Part shown: piece after piece, positions 8,484-18,090 of the stretch
Numbering within the stretch: the stretch's first letter is position 1
Layout of the letters: each line of letters opens with the position of its first letter
Source of the DNA: Bacteroidales bacterium
GTDB taxonomy: Bacteria; Bacteroidota; Bacteroidia; Bacteroidales; WCHB1-69
DNA: 64,000 nt
Reading direction: 5' to 3'
Assembly: GCA_024400815.1 (NCBI GenBank)
Contig: JAKSMD010000003.1
Span: forward strand, 2,793 to 66,792
Notes under the pieces: model-generated
Database searches by the model: none
Told to the model about the DNA's origin: nothing
What the model saw: only the letters and a program-made list of their open reading frames with translations
Position numbers and translations under genes: made by a program

Positions 8484-10369
8484 GTTATCTTGAACATATT
8501 CAATCGCCACAAGACTTGCGAAAACTGAAAATCGACGAACTACCAAAACTTTGTGATGAGATTCGGAAGTTTATCATTGAACAGACTTCGCAGCATCCAG
8601 GACATTTGGGTTCCAGCTTGGGTGTGATAGAGTTGACGGTGGCCTTACATTATGTGTTTGACACCCCGAACGACAAACTGGTTTGGGATGTTGGCCATCA
8701 AGCCTATTGCCATAAGATTCTAACGGGGCGCAAGGATAGTTTTTCCACCAACCGATGCTATGGTGGCATTAGTGGGTTTCCGCGTCGCGAAGAAAGCGAA
8801 TACGATGCGTTCGGCACCGGACATTCCTCTACATCCATCTCTGCTGCTTTAGGCATGGCTATGGCCGCCAAAATGAGCGGAAATATGGAACGCAGTCATA
8901 TCGCTGTTATCGGCGATGGCGCTATCGGCGGCGGTATGGCTTTCGAAGCTATGAACCAGGCAGCTTTCCGTGATGTGAATATGCTCGTCATCCTCAATGA
9001 CAATAAGATTTCCATTGATCAAAGCACTGGTGCTATGAGCAAGTACCTGCTTTCTCTTACTGCTTCCCCGGGCTATAATCGTTTCAAAAACCGCCTTTGG
9101 AATATCTTTACGGTGAAATCTAGAAAATCGAATAAAATTACAGCGTTTTTCAGCAAGTTGGGCAACGGCTTGAAGGGCTACTTGCTTGGCGGCAGCAACT
9201 GGTTCCAAAGTTTGGGTTATCGCTATTTTGGTCCCGCAGATGGCCACGATGTGGTCTATTTGGTTAAGACCCTTAGCGATTTGAAGAAGCTGCCTGGACA
9301 AAAGTTGCTTCATGTTCTGACTGTGAAAGGCAAAGGATTGGAAATGGCGGAACAGAACCAAACCACGTATCATGCTCCTGGTAAATTCAATCCGGATACA
9401 GGACAAATTATTCGTTCCAATACAACTAACATGCCGCCGAAATTCCAGGATGTCTTTGGCGAGACGATATTGGAATTTGCCCGTGAAGACGAAAAGGTAG
9501 TCGGTATCACTCCGGCCATGGCGACGGGCTGCTCTTTGACGATTATGGATAAGGAGTTTCCAGAGCGCGTGTTCGATGTGGGTATTGCCGAACAGCATGC
9601 GGTAACATTTTCTGCAGGTTTGGCCACAGAAGGCTATGTTCCGTTCTGCAACATATATTCTTCTTTCTTGCAAAGAGGTTACGATCAGGTGATTCACGAT
9701 GTAGCACTCCAAAAACTGCCCGTGATTTTCTGTATCGACCGGGCTGGCTTGGTAGGAGAGGACGGGGCTACCCATCAAGGTGCATTTGACATGGCTTTCT
9801 TGCGTTTGGTACCCGATTTGATTGTGGCGTCGCCGTTAGATGAACATGAGTTGCGCAACATGATGCTGACGGCCTATCGCAATGCTAAGCGCGGCGGCCT
9901 GCCCTTTGTGATACGCTATCCGCGTGGTCGCGGCGTGCTGGTGGATTGGCACAACAACCCTGAAGAACTGCCGATTGGCAAAAACCGCATACTCTGTGAG
10001 GGGGAACGCGTGTTGGTACTCTCTATCGGACCCTTGGGCAATCATGTCGCACAGGCGTTGGATCAATTGCGTGAATCATCGATTTGTCCGGCCCATGTGG
10101 ATGTGCGCTTCCTAAAGCCCATGGATGAAGAACTGCTTCAACAAATGGCTGCCCAATATCCTGTTTGGCTGACCGTTGAAGATGGAACGGAAAAAGGTGG
10201 ACTCTTCTCCGAGGTTTCTGAATTTCTTGAAAAACATCACTTGAGCAACGCTTTGCACCACATTGCCTTGCCTGACCAGTTTATATCTCATGGCGATATT
10301 CCGCACCTCTATCAAGAAGTCGGATTTGGCGTTGAAGATATTCGAAAGAAAATCCAGGAAATCTGGTAA
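8480..10369 (+). CDS. dxs: 1-deoxy-D-xylulose-5-phosphate synthase
   Basis: 629 aa with PGHLGSSLGVIELTVALHYVF, VIGDGAIGGGMAFEAMN, GIAEQHAVTF and a DRAGLVGEDGATHQG block. Confidence 0.95.
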   Translation: MSYLEHIQSPQDLRKLKIDELPKLCDEIRKFIIEQTSQHPGHLGSSLGVIELTVALHYVFDTPNDKLVWDVGHQAYCHKILTGRKDSFSTNRCYGGISGFPRREESEYDAFGTGHSSTSISAALGMAMAAKMSGNMERSHIAVIGDGAIGGGMAFEAMNQAAFRDVNMLVILNDNKISIDQSTGAMSKYLLSLTASPGYNRFKNRLWNIFTVKSRKSNKITAFFSKLGNGLKGYLLGGSNWFQSLGYRYFGPADGHDVVYLVKTLSDLKKLPGQKLLHVLTVKGKGLEMAEQNQTTYHAPGKFNPDTGQIIRSNTTNMPPKFQDVFGETILEFAREDEKVVGITPAMATGCSLTIMDKEFPERVFDVGIAEQHAVTFSAGLATEGYVPFCNIYSSFLQRGYDQVIHDVALQKLPVIFCIDRAGLVGEDGATHQGAFDMAFLRLVPDLIVASPLDEHELRNMMLTAYRNAKRGGLPFVIRYPRGRGVLVDWHNNPEELPIGKNRILCEGERVLVLSIGPLGNHVAQALDQLRESSICPAHVDVRFLKPMDEELLQQMAAQYPVWLTVEDGTEKGGLFSEVSEFLEKHHLSNALHHIALPDQFISHGDIPHLYQEVGFGVEDIRKKIQEIW

Positions 10370-10375
10370 CTTAAT

Positions 10376-11203
10376 TTATCTGAAACATTTGTGTTCTGCA
10401 TCAAAGTGGACGACATTGCCGTAACCACAGCGCTCTAATTCGGTGGTGGCTTCGGCAAAGTAGGCATCTATTTCGCAAGCTTGGTGGGCATCGCTGCTGA
10501 TGACAACCGGAATGTCCAATTTTCTTGCCTTTTGCAGTAGGCCGGTGGCGGGATAAAAGGCATCGCAGCGTTTTTTGTACAGCCCGCGGGTGTTGATTTC
10601 GATGATAACATCCTTTTGCTTGATGAGTTGTACGGCTTTGTCGGCGAGCGCGGTGTACCATTTTTCATCCTCTTGGAAAAAACGGTGCTGGTTGTGCATC
10701 TTTATTTTATCAAAATGAGCGATAATGTCAAAATGTTCGGTCTCTAACATTTCGAAAGTCTGCTCCCAGAAAGTAGTTACTGCTTTGCGAATGTTGGAGT
10801 CGAAAAGTTTTTCTAAACCTTCATCGTAGATTTCTCGTTTGGGTCCATCGATGAACCACAGTTCGCTGCTGTTTTGGGGTCTAACGAGGTGCACGCCGCC
10901 AATGATGTAGTCTAAGTTCCATTGTGTTTTGAAATGGTCGAAGGGCTGGCTCATCCCTGGAATGAAATCACATTCTAATGCCTTGAAGAGTCGCAGATGG
11001 GTTTGGCCTTTCAATTGCTCGATTTCTTCGCAATAGGGTGTCAAATCGGATTCCTGAATGGCAAAACCGTTTTCAAAAGGCACGGGTGCATGGGAGGAGA
11101 AACCTAATTGGTCGAAATGGCGTTCTTCAGCGGATTGGACAAATGCGGATAGGGGGTCTTTCCCGTCGCAATAGGTACAGTGAGTGTGGTAATTGGCTTT
11201 CAT
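10376..11203 (-). CDS. PHP-domain histidinol-phosphatase family protein (HisJ-like)
   Basis: MKANYHTHCTYCDGK start, FSSHAP and ISSDAH metal-binding motifs. I chose the ATG at 11203, which abuts the upstream gene's stop at 11205. The longer ORF-track start would overlap that gene. Confidence 0.6.
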   Translation of the reverse strand: MKANYHTHCTYCDGKDPLSAFVQSAEERHFDQLGFSSHAPVPFENGFAIQESDLTPYCEEIEQLKGQTHLRLFKALECDFIPGMSQPFDHFKTQWNLDYIIGGVHLVRPQNSSELWFIDGPKREIYDEGLEKLFDSNIRKAVTTFWEQTFEMLETEHFDIIAHFDKIKMHNQHRFFQEDEKWYTALADKAVQLIKQKDVIIEINTRGLYKKRCDAFYPATGLLQKARKLDIPVVISSDAHQACEIDAYFAEATTELERCGYGNVVHFDAEHKCFR

Positions 11204-11204
11204 T

Positions 11205-12506
11205 TTATTGGGTGGCAGTGGTGTCTTGGCGGTCGATAATATTGAGGATGAGCTCATTTTTGCCTAAATGGGAAGCGTTGTAGTAGTTGCTTAAGAAAAT
11301 AATCTGCAGGCCGTCTTTAGGACGATAGAGAAACAGGTTTTGGTAGCCGTTCCATAGTCCGCCGTGGTAAATCAGCGTGCCATGTGCCGGGCTGCGCTCA
11401 ATGCGTACCCCATAGCCGTACAGTTTTTCCGGCGTTTTGCCGTTTGATAGCACATTTTCGCATTGGATGGCTTTTTCGATCCACTCTTTGGGAATAATCT
11501 TATACTCCATAAAATAAGCATTTGCCCAGCGGCAAAGGTCTTCCACATTGGAGTAAACGCCTTTGTCTCCGAGCACGCCGTTCAGACGGTCGTAGTTGGT
11601 GCGGATGCCGCTCTTCCAATGTCCGCGTGTAATGGCGCATTCGGTAATGCCCTCGTTAGGAAAAATGGGGACACTGTGTTGTCCTTTTTTAACCGTATCC
11701 AGAAGCTCTTCGTGAATTCCATCAATTCCGACCAACTCGGTAAAGAATAGGGTGTGTTCCATACCTGCAGGACGCCATAGATTTTCGTGAACATACGTTT
11801 CAAAGCTTTGTCCCGAAACAATTTCCACGATGGTGGCTAAGATGGCGTAGTTGGTGTTGACATATTCGAATTTGGTGCCGGGTTTGAAAATAGGTGCGAG
11901 TTGTTTTTTTGCTAAGATGCTCATCAACTGGGTGTTGTCCACAAACATGGAGGTGTCGTAGCAATTATAGGAGAAATCGAAATATTCGGGAATGCCGGCG
12001 GTATGTGTCAGCAGCTGTTTGATGGTAACCTTTTTATAAGGAAGTTCCGGCAGGTACTGGCTTAGATTGTCGGAAAGGTGCATTTTCCCTTCTGAGCAGA
12101 GTTTGAGAATGGCGGCAGCGGTAAATTGTTTGGAGACAGAAGCCAAATCAAAGAGGGCCGTAGGAGACATCTGATTGCCGGGGTGTTTCTGCAAGGCCGT
12201 TAGTTCTGCTGCGGTGCGCGGACCATAGCCCTCAGCGCTTTTGAAAAGATGCAACAGACCATAGCCATGTTCTACGAGAATGGTGTCGTGCTTTGCAATC
12301 AGCATGGTGCCATTCAGGCGTTTGCTCATCATTTCGGCAAATTGTTCCAACTCGTCAATGCGGTAGCTGTGGTCGGGGTCGTCTAAAATTCGCACCAATT
12401 CCCGAAAATAGAAATCCTCCCTCGGAAGTCTATCTGGGACAATATCTGCCTGAAATACAATGGCAAAAACAATGATAATGGCAAATGTCAGTATCTTCTT
12501 CAACAT
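11205..12506 (-). CDS. Serine hydrolase of the beta-lactamase/transpeptidase-like family
   Basis: Signal/TM N terminus (MLKKILTFAIIIVFAIVF), an SxxK motif (ASVSKQF) and a YVNTNY motif. I chose the ATG at 12506; the ORF-track TTG is at 12515. Confidence 0.7.
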   Translation of the reverse strand: MLKKILTFAIIIVFAIVFQADIVPDRLPREDFYFRELVRILDDPDHSYRIDELEQFAEMMSKRLNGTMLIAKHDTILVEHGYGLLHLFKSAEGYGPRTAAELTALQKHPGNQMSPTALFDLASVSKQFTAAAILKLCSEGKMHLSDNLSQYLPELPYKKVTIKQLLTHTAGIPEYFDFSYNCYDTSMFVDNTQLMSILAKKQLAPIFKPGTKFEYVNTNYAILATIVEIVSGQSFETYVHENLWRPAGMEHTLFFTELVGIDGIHEELLDTVKKGQHSVPIFPNEGITECAITRGHWKSGIRTNYDRLNGVLGDKGVYSNVEDLCRWANAYFMEYKIIPKEWIEKAIQCENVLSNGKTPEKLYGYGVRIERSPAHGTLIYHGGLWNGYQNLFLYRPKDGLQIIFLSNYYNASHLGKNELILNIIDRQDTTATQ

Positions 12507-12512
12507 AGGTTG

Positions 12513-12520
12513 CAAAAGTA
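12513..12520 (-). promoter_or_regulatory. Candidate Bacteroidota -7 box (TACTTTTG on the minus strand)
   Basis: The reverse complement of CAAAAGTA matches TAnnTTTG and is followed by CAACC. It lies only 7 nt upstream of the ATG at 12506, which would give a near-leaderless transcript. Confidence 0.35.
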
Positions 12521-12610
12521 AACAAAATATGCTTACTTTTCGTTCTAATTTTGTTGTTCATGATCTTCTCATTTTTTTGCTGAATCGATTAAATGATACA
12601 GAGCTGTTTA

Positions 12611-12618
12611 CAAAAATA
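12611..12618 (-). promoter_or_regulatory. Candidate -7 box (TATTTTTG on the minus strand) upstream of the serine hydrolase gene
   Basis: The reverse complement of CAAAAATA matches TAnnTTTG. It lies ~100 nt upstream of the ATG and ~40 nt downstream of the GTTTCAA repeats. Confidence 0.35.
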
Positions 12619-12658
12619 TAGTGTGAAGACTTCCTAAAACTAATGGTGGCCGAAGGTG

Positions 12659-12672
12659 GTTTCAAGTTTCAA
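12659..12672. repeat. Two tandem GTTTCAA heptamers (reverse complement TTGAAAC)
   Basis: GTTTCAAGTTTCAAG in the 243-bp intergenic region. The same heptamer occurs in four tandem copies at 19891-19918. Confidence 0.6.
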
Positions 12673-12758
12673 GTGGAGACCCTCCAATGCCAATGGCTAA
12701 TGGCGGTCAGAATCAAAAAAATGGCAATGACAAAATAGAACTACGGAGCGAACACCTG

Positions 12759-14888
12759 TTAATATATGCTGAAGCGTATTTTGATGGCGAAGTTGTCAAT
12801 GACTTTTTCTTTATAATATGGGCCATAATGATAGAAGACACCAACGCCCATAGCAAACATGTTCATTACTTCTACAAGATGGTCAAGGATGATGCCGCTT
12901 TCGAAATAACCGCGACTGAGGTCTTCTGGTTTTATGCCTTGGTGTGATTGTGTGTGTGTGAGTTTTCCGAAAGCCATGTTGTGGCAGAGGATGAGTTGCG
13001 GGGAAAACTTCTTATTGGCCGTGATCTTGCCGAAGTTGTGTCGCAGGAATGCAAACAGGTAGCGATCGCATAAGAAGTCGTTGCTGTGCATGGTGGCGAA
13101 TTGTTCCCAACTATCGAAATCAACAATGGCGTATGCCGCCATGGGTGAGTATAGCAGCGAGGCGGGTAGGTCATTGGGTGTGTAACCGCCCCACAAACTA
13201 ATAGCTGTGTATCCTGCATTTTTATAGTTTTTGCAATAGCGCAAGTTGATTCCGATTTTGTGATAGTCGAAATTGCTGCCCCAGACATCTTGGAATCCTT
13301 TTGTATAATGTAGTGTGAGCACGGGGTAGGGCGACTCTTCCGTTAAGAGGAGCGAACCAGAGCGTATTTCTCGTTCTTTGAATGCCAAACGCGCCATAAA
13401 GCGGGTCTCAAAGTTGTTAAAAGCAAAATGAGCGGTGCGTTCTCTGACTTCTTGTTGGAAGTGATATCGATATCCGGTGGAATATTGTCCATAGTTAGCT
13501 TGCAATTGAAGAGTGAGCCATTTGGCTGGCTTGAGTTGGTATGACAGCGAGTACCTATTTCCGTAATCATAATAATCTACCAACCATTGCCGAATATAGT
13601 CGGCGGAGAGAAATATGTTTGCATTATTGTTGTGACTGACGGCCCCGCTTTCAAAAAGGTCGTGGGCAGCTTGAAGTGTGAGATGCATAGCCAATTTGGG
13701 CATCAGCACTACATCCACCATGCCGCCGTATTTCCATTGCTTGTCGCGGAACCCATAGGCAAAATGACCGCCGAAGGTGATTCGTTTGCTTAGTCGCTCG
13801 TTGGTATAGAGTCCCAATCCCAAACGCCATCCTTCAACTTCACGATAGTCGATGAGGTCGGCGATGTTGAGGCTAATAGGACCGATGGCCACGCATCCTT
13901 GCGATAGGGTGTTGATGTTGTCCATGCTCTTATCTAAACCGGCCGCATGACTAATGCTGTCGATGAGCTCATAAGCGCGCACTTCTTGCGGCGTGATGGG
14001 CACACTGCGGTACTGTTGTATCAATTGCTCATTGGTGGTTTTATCTGACAATGCGTCTTGCACATCCGCATGTTGAAAGTCGCTTTTGCTTAAGGGCGGA
14101 TTTAAGACAATGTTTCGGAAGGTGGTGCGGCTGAAAAAGTCGATGGGCGGGTACCCTTTGAGCAAGTCGGTGTGGTAAGTGATTTTAACAAAGAAGGAAT
14201 CGGGCCCCCAAGTGCCATTGGCTAATTGCTGGTAGTGGCAGTCTAGGTGCAGAGGAAATTTGTAAGTGCTGTCGTAAACTTCTGCCGTGATTCTCTGCAA
14301 GGCAAAATCAGGACAATGCAGCCATAGCTCTCCTCGCAGCGATGAGAAATTTCTTTGCTTTTTGGGCGCAAAAGTGATGTGCAGCAGTGTGTCGCTCTGC
14401 TGGATGATTTTTTGGTCAAAGTGGTAATCATAGCAGTTGAGTCCGCGCAGAGAAATGGGGTTTAAGTAGCGTGTTTCCAGCAGGATTACTTCCTCGTCAT
14501 CGAAGTATTCGTTTTGCAGGGCGGCGAGCCAGATGGAGACCATTGGATTTTGGAATCCCGCAGTTTTGGATGCGATGACCTTGGCGTTCTGCCGGTTGGG
14601 CTTCAGATACTGTACTGAAGTGACACTTTCGTTGAGAAATAGGTCTTGGCTGATGGTGTCGGCACGGGCGTTGACCTTTTGGTATTTGATGTATTGGAAG
14701 GAGGAATTGCTTTGGATACTGTTGGCGTCAAGGCGATTGGCGGCATTTCGAATCATGGCCAATGCTGGGTCTTCGGGTGAGGCAATGACGACCTCAGAAA
14801 TAGAATCACGCTGCTCGAGTGTCCATTGGGCACAAGCAGCGTGATGGAATATTATGTAAAGGAAAACGATAAGACCAAATCGTCTCAT
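12759..14888 (-). CDS. Outer-membrane-type hypothetical protein, DUF5686-like
   Basis: 709 aa with a signal peptide (…HHAACAQ). The EVEGWRLGLGLYTNERL block and the aromatic-rich beta-strand C-terminal half ending ...IKIRFSIY resemble DUF5686 family proteins. The family assignment is from memory only. Confidence 0.45.
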   Translation of the reverse strand: MRRFGLIVFLYIIFHHAACAQWTLEQRDSISEVVIASPEDPALAMIRNAANRLDANSIQSNSSFQYIKYQKVNARADTISQDLFLNESVTSVQYLKPNRQNAKVIASKTAGFQNPMVSIWLAALQNEYFDDEEVILLETRYLNPISLRGLNCYDYHFDQKIIQQSDTLLHITFAPKKQRNFSSLRGELWLHCPDFALQRITAEVYDSTYKFPLHLDCHYQQLANGTWGPDSFFVKITYHTDLLKGYPPIDFFSRTTFRNIVLNPPLSKSDFQHADVQDALSDKTTNEQLIQQYRSVPITPQEVRAYELIDSISHAAGLDKSMDNINTLSQGCVAIGPISLNIADLIDYREVEGWRLGLGLYTNERLSKRITFGGHFAYGFRDKQWKYGGMVDVVLMPKLAMHLTLQAAHDLFESGAVSHNNNANIFLSADYIRQWLVDYYDYGNRYSLSYQLKPAKWLTLQLQANYGQYSTGYRYHFQQEVRERTAHFAFNNFETRFMARLAFKEREIRSGSLLLTEESPYPVLTLHYTKGFQDVWGSNFDYHKIGINLRYCKNYKNAGYTAISLWGGYTPNDLPASLLYSPMAAYAIVDFDSWEQFATMHSNDFLCDRYLFAFLRHNFGKITANKKFSPQLILCHNMAFGKLTHTQSHQGIKPEDLSRGYFESGIILDHLVEVMNMFAMGVGVFYHYGPYYKEKVIDNFAIKIRFSIY

Positions 14889-14895
14889 AATGCTG

Positions 14896-16770
14896 TTAGC
14901 TGTTCATCATGGCGAAGAACTCTTCGTTGGTCTTGGTTTTTTCCATATTATCTTTGATAAAAGTCATGGCCTCGATGGTGGTCATGTCGGCAATGTGGTT
15001 GCGGAGAATCCACATTTTTTGGAGAATGCTTTGCGGTTGCAACAAATCGTCGCGGCGCGTACTGGATGCCACCAAGTCAACCGCCGGGTAGATACGTTTG
15101 TTGGAAAGCTTGCGGTCGAGTTGGAGTTCCATGTTGCCAGTGCCCTTGAATTCCTCAAAGATGACTTCATCCATACGCGAACCTGTATCGATAAGGGCTG
15201 TGGAGATGATGGTCAGGGAACCGCCGTTTTCCACATTACGGGCCGCACCGAAGAAGCGTGTGGGCTTTTGGAGCGCGTTGGCCTCCACACCGCCGGAAAG
15301 AACTTTGCCGGATGCGGGAGCCATGGTGTTGAAGGCACGTGCCAAACGGGTGATGGAGTCCAAAAGGATGCAGACGTCATGGCCGCATTCGACCATGCGC
15401 TTTGCCTTTTCCAGCACCATATTGGCAATCTTGACATGACGCTCTGCCGGTTCATCAAAAGTAGAGGAGATGACTTCTGCATTGACGCTGCGTTGCATGT
15501 CGGTAACCTCTTCCGGACGTTCATCAATCAAAAGGATGATCAAGTAGATCTCTGGGTGGTTGTAGGAGATGGCGTTGGCAACGTCTTTCAGCAATACAGT
15601 TTTACCCGTTTTTGGCTGAGCGACAATCAAACCACGCTGACCTTTGCCGATGGGCGCAAAAAGGTCGATGACGCGCGTGGAGAGCGTGCAACCAGGATGT
15701 CCAGTAATATTGATTTTCTCATCTGGGAACATCGGTGTGAGGTAGTCAAATGGAATACGGTCGCGGATGTCTTCCGGATTGCACCCGTTGATTTTCTCGA
15801 CTTTGGTCAGCGGGAAGTATTTTTCGCCGCTTTTGGGTGGACGGATAGAACCATATACGGTGTCTCCATTTTTCAAACCAAAGAGTTTGATTTGGGACAT
15901 GGAAACATAGATGTCGTCAGGAGAAGAGAGGTAATTGTAGTCGGAGGAGCGCAAGAAACCGCAGTTGTCGCTGGTGATTTCGAGTACGCCTTCGGCCATG
16001 ACGCTGCCATCATATTGCGCATTGGCCAAGAAGCCGAGTTGCTCATCCATAATCTTTTCGCCTTCTGTCTGCTCAACAGGGTTTTGGACTTCTTCCTGTT
16101 TTGCTTCTTCTTTGGGCTGATCTATTTTTTTATTCTTGTTTTTCTTTTGATTTTTATCAAAATTTTTTTTCTGTTTATCGAAATGTTCTTTTTTCTCTTC
16201 TGCTGTTTTTTCAACTGGGATATCGGCATCTTTTTTCTCTTGCAGAACATTCTGTTCTAAGAAATCGTAATCTTGTGCCAGCTGGTCCTCTGCTTGGGGT
16301 TGTTCCTTTTTCTTGCCTTTCGGTTTTTCAGGAACTGGTTCTGCTTTCGGTTCGGCTGTTGTAGTTCCTTCTACAAAAGGAATTTCAGTAACAGGTTCTG
16401 GATTTTTCTTAGGGCGACCTTTTTTCTTTTTGACAGGTTCTTCCACCACAGGTTGTTCGGATTTAGCGGGAAGTTTTTCTGCAGTGGGCGCACTTTCAGC
16501 AGTAGCTTTGGGAGTGCGTCCTCGGCGAGTTAGTTTAGGTTTTTCAGTCTGGGGAAGTGGGTTGGCGAACATCAAAGGTTCTTCGTTGCTTTCATTCTTG
16601 ATGTTCGTTTCGACAGCCTCTGGTGCTTTTTCTTTGAAAATCACTACAGGCTTCTTTTCAGGAATATGAACTCTTTCCGTGACGGTGTTGCCATTTGATG
16701 AACCAGCAGGTGCATCATTGGTTTTCATAATCCTTTTTCTCTTTGGTTTAGGTTCTGTGGAGTCTGACAT
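14896..16770 (-). CDS. rho: Transcription termination factor Rho with a long disordered N-terminal extension
   Basis: The C-terminal ~385 aa carry the Rho core: a CSD-like RNA-binding domain ([15 protein letters not shown]), Walker A ([11 protein letters not shown]), [10 protein letters not shown] and [25 protein letters not shown]. Residues 1 to ~240 are K/E/P-rich low complexity. Confidence 0.95.
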   Translation of the reverse strand: MSDSTEPKPKRKRIMKTNDAPAGSSNGNTVTERVHIPEKKPVVIFKEKAPEAVETNIKNESNEEPLMFANPLPQTEKPKLTRRGRTPKATAESAPTAEKLPAKSEQPVVEEPVKKKKGRPKKNPEPVTEIPFVEGTTTAEPKAEPVPEKPKGKKKEQPQAEDQLAQDYDFLEQNVLQEKKDADIPVEKTAEEKKEHFDKQKKNFDKNQKKNKNKKIDQPKEEAKQEEVQNPVEQTEGEKIMDEQLGFLANAQYDGSVMAEGVLEITSDNCGFLRSSDYNYLSSPDDIYVSMSQIKLFGLKNGDTVYGSIRPPKSGEKYFPLTKVEKINGCNPEDIRDRIPFDYLTPMFPDEKINITGHPGCTLSTRVIDLFAPIGKGQRGLIVAQPKTGKTVLLKDVANAISYNHPEIYLIILLIDERPEEVTDMQRSVNAEVISSTFDEPAERHVKIANMVLEKAKRMVECGHDVCILLDSITRLARAFNTMAPASGKVLSGGVEANALQKPTRFFGAARNVENGGSLTIISTALIDTGSRMDEVIFEEFKGTGNMELQLDRKLSNKRIYPAVDLVASSTRRDDLLQPQSILQKMWILRNHIADMTTIEAMTFIKDNMEKTKTNEEFFAMMNS

Positions 16771-16780
16771 TGTGAATATA

Positions 16781-16845
16781 GAAATTTAGTGATTTCTTAT
16801 TATGGGTTAGATGTGAAGTGATGGATAATGAAAAAAACATCTAAC
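16781..16845 (-). promoter_or_regulatory. Two hairpins in the predicted rho 5' leader
   Basis: A perfect 9-bp inverted repeat GTTAGATGT (16806-16814) / ACATCTAAC (16837-16845) with a 22-nt loop, plus GAAAT/ATTTC (16781-16796) just upstream of the ATG at 16770. Confidence 0.3.
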
Positions 16846-16858
16846 TAATAAGACGCGG

Positions 16859-16866
16859 CAAAAATA
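16859..16866 (-). promoter_or_regulatory. Candidate -7 box for rho (TATTTTTG, followed by CCGCG)
   Basis: The reverse complement of CAAAAATA matches TAnnTTTG. It lies ~90 nt upstream of the rho ATG. Confidence 0.55.
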
Positions 16867-16915
16867 CTAAAAAAGCGTGAATTTTTTACTTTTAAAATAA
16901 AAAATAAAAAAATGT

Positions 16916-18079
16916 TTATTGGTTTAGGATATTCTCCAGTTTGAGCGTGGCGGCAACCCAGTCGTAATTATGGTTAACATACTGGTTTCCAGCGATGGAG
17001 AGTTTTTCATAATAGGCCTCGTCTTCCAACAGGCGGCGGATTGCTTCTACATATCCGCTGGTGGTGCTGCAAGTGATGATGGCACCTTGTGTTTCGGCAT
17101 TTTCCAAAGGTTTTCCGGCCAAATGGGAAGTTATGCAGGGCAATTGCATGGACATGGCCTCCAGCAGTTTGTTTTGCAAGCCGGTGCCTAAGCGCATGGG
17201 AGCGATGAAGATTTTGGATTTCGCGTACCATTCGGCCATGGAATCCACCCATCCGGTAACGATGATGTTTTCGTTGGCGAGGGCTTTCACACTTGGAGCA
17301 GGAGTGGCCCCGCTGAGTACCAAGCGGAGGTTCGGAAATGTTGTTTTCAAAAGAGGGAAGATTTCTTTGGCAAGATACTCGGCCGCATCAATGTTGGGTG
17401 CATAGTTCATATTGCCGGAGAATATAAGATCGTAAGTCTTGGGTTCTCCGCGATAGCGGAAATGCTCAAAATCGACCCCGTTTGGAACAACCGTAATATC
17501 CCCTTTGTTTTCGTGAGGGATGAGGTCGCGGTCCACTGCCGTGATGATGGTCTTGCTGTCGAAGCGATTGAAAATTTGGGCTTCGTAGCGGGCCAAGCGG
17601 CGGTACTCCATCTTGAAGAACGGTTTTTTGAACCAAGGAGCTTTCTCGTAACGGCGCAGCATGCCTTTGGAGAACACATCTTGGTAGTCCAATGTCTTCT
17701 TGATGGGGTAGTCCATCACATATTCTGCCATACGTATCAGTTGGCAGTAGATGTGGTCGGGTTGTACTTCATGGACAATTTCGTCCAGTCGGTGCTGGTT
17801 ATGGGTTGTGTAAAAATACCCGCATTGCAAAGGCAGTCCGGTAAAGAAGGCCTTAGCAAGGTTGTAGCAACGCTGCCCTATATTTTGTTGTAGGAGGAAA
17901 ATCTCTTTGCAGAAGGGCTTGAGTTGCTGCATGTCCGAGTCAGATACGGGTTGTTCATGCAGTGCCACCAAATAAATGTCGTGGTGCTTGGCCAGACAGC
18001 GTATTTGGTGGTATGCGCGCAGTTTGTCCCCTTTTTCAAGAGGATAAGGAAAGCGTGATAGAACAACCAGTATCTTCAT
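16916..18079 (-). CDS. Glycosyltransferase family 1/4 (GT-B fold)
   Basis: MKILVVLSRFPYPLEKGDKLR N terminus and a C-terminal GTGLQNKLLEAMSMQLPCI (E-x7-E-like) motif. Confidence 0.8.
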   Translation of the reverse strand: MKILVVLSRFPYPLEKGDKLRAYHQIRCLAKHHDIYLVALHEQPVSDSDMQQLKPFCKEIFLLQQNIGQRCYNLAKAFFTGLPLQCGYFYTTHNQHRLDEIVHEVQPDHIYCQLIRMAEYVMDYPIKKTLDYQDVFSKGMLRRYEKAPWFKKPFFKMEYRRLARYEAQIFNRFDSKTIITAVDRDLIPHENKGDITVVPNGVDFEHFRYRGEPKTYDLIFSGNMNYAPNIDAAEYLAKEIFPLLKTTFPNLRLVLSGATPAPSVKALANENIIVTGWVDSMAEWYAKSKIFIAPMRLGTGLQNKLLEAMSMQLPCITSHLAGKPLENAETQGAIITCSTTSGYVEAIRRLLEDEAYYEKLSIAGNQYVNHNYDWVAATLKLENILNQ

Positions 18080-18090
18080 AGGACTTAGGA

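Noticed and set aside
12687-12947. An 86-aa plus-strand ORF beginning in the 12516-12758 intergenic region (MPMANGGQNQKNGND...).
   Set aside because: Two thirds of it is antisense to the 3' end of the DUF5686-like gene. It has no promoter box upstream on the plus strand. The AATGGC-rich start looks like simple sequence.
16173-16180. T8 homopolymer (A8 on the coding strand) inside rho, an A8 run at 7262-7269 just before the GT4 start, and a (TG)5 run at ~12951-12960, considered as slipped-strand phase-variation sites.
   Set aside because: The runs are short and encode Lys-rich or His/Thr segments consistent with the local protein composition. The A8 run before 7272 matches the normal A-rich translation-initiation context of Bacteroidota. 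There is no evidence of frame ambiguity.
14890-16260. A 456-aa plus-strand ORF, the longest of several long antisense ORFs. The others are 18157-19683 (+), 8849-9778 (-), 49991-50902 (-), 50948-51589 (-), 55767-56849 (-), 35924-36667 (-), 27521-28141 (-) and 24609-25193 (-).
   Set aside because: Each lies entirely opposite a confidently identified gene (rho, FTCD, dxs, aspS, CotH, ABC ATPase, Wzy/GT4, CapA). Their translations are low-complexity or compositionally odd (for example FFLFCFFF runs opposite the K/E-rich Rho region). None has its own promoter box or start context. They are shadow ORFs created by codon periodicity on the coding strand.
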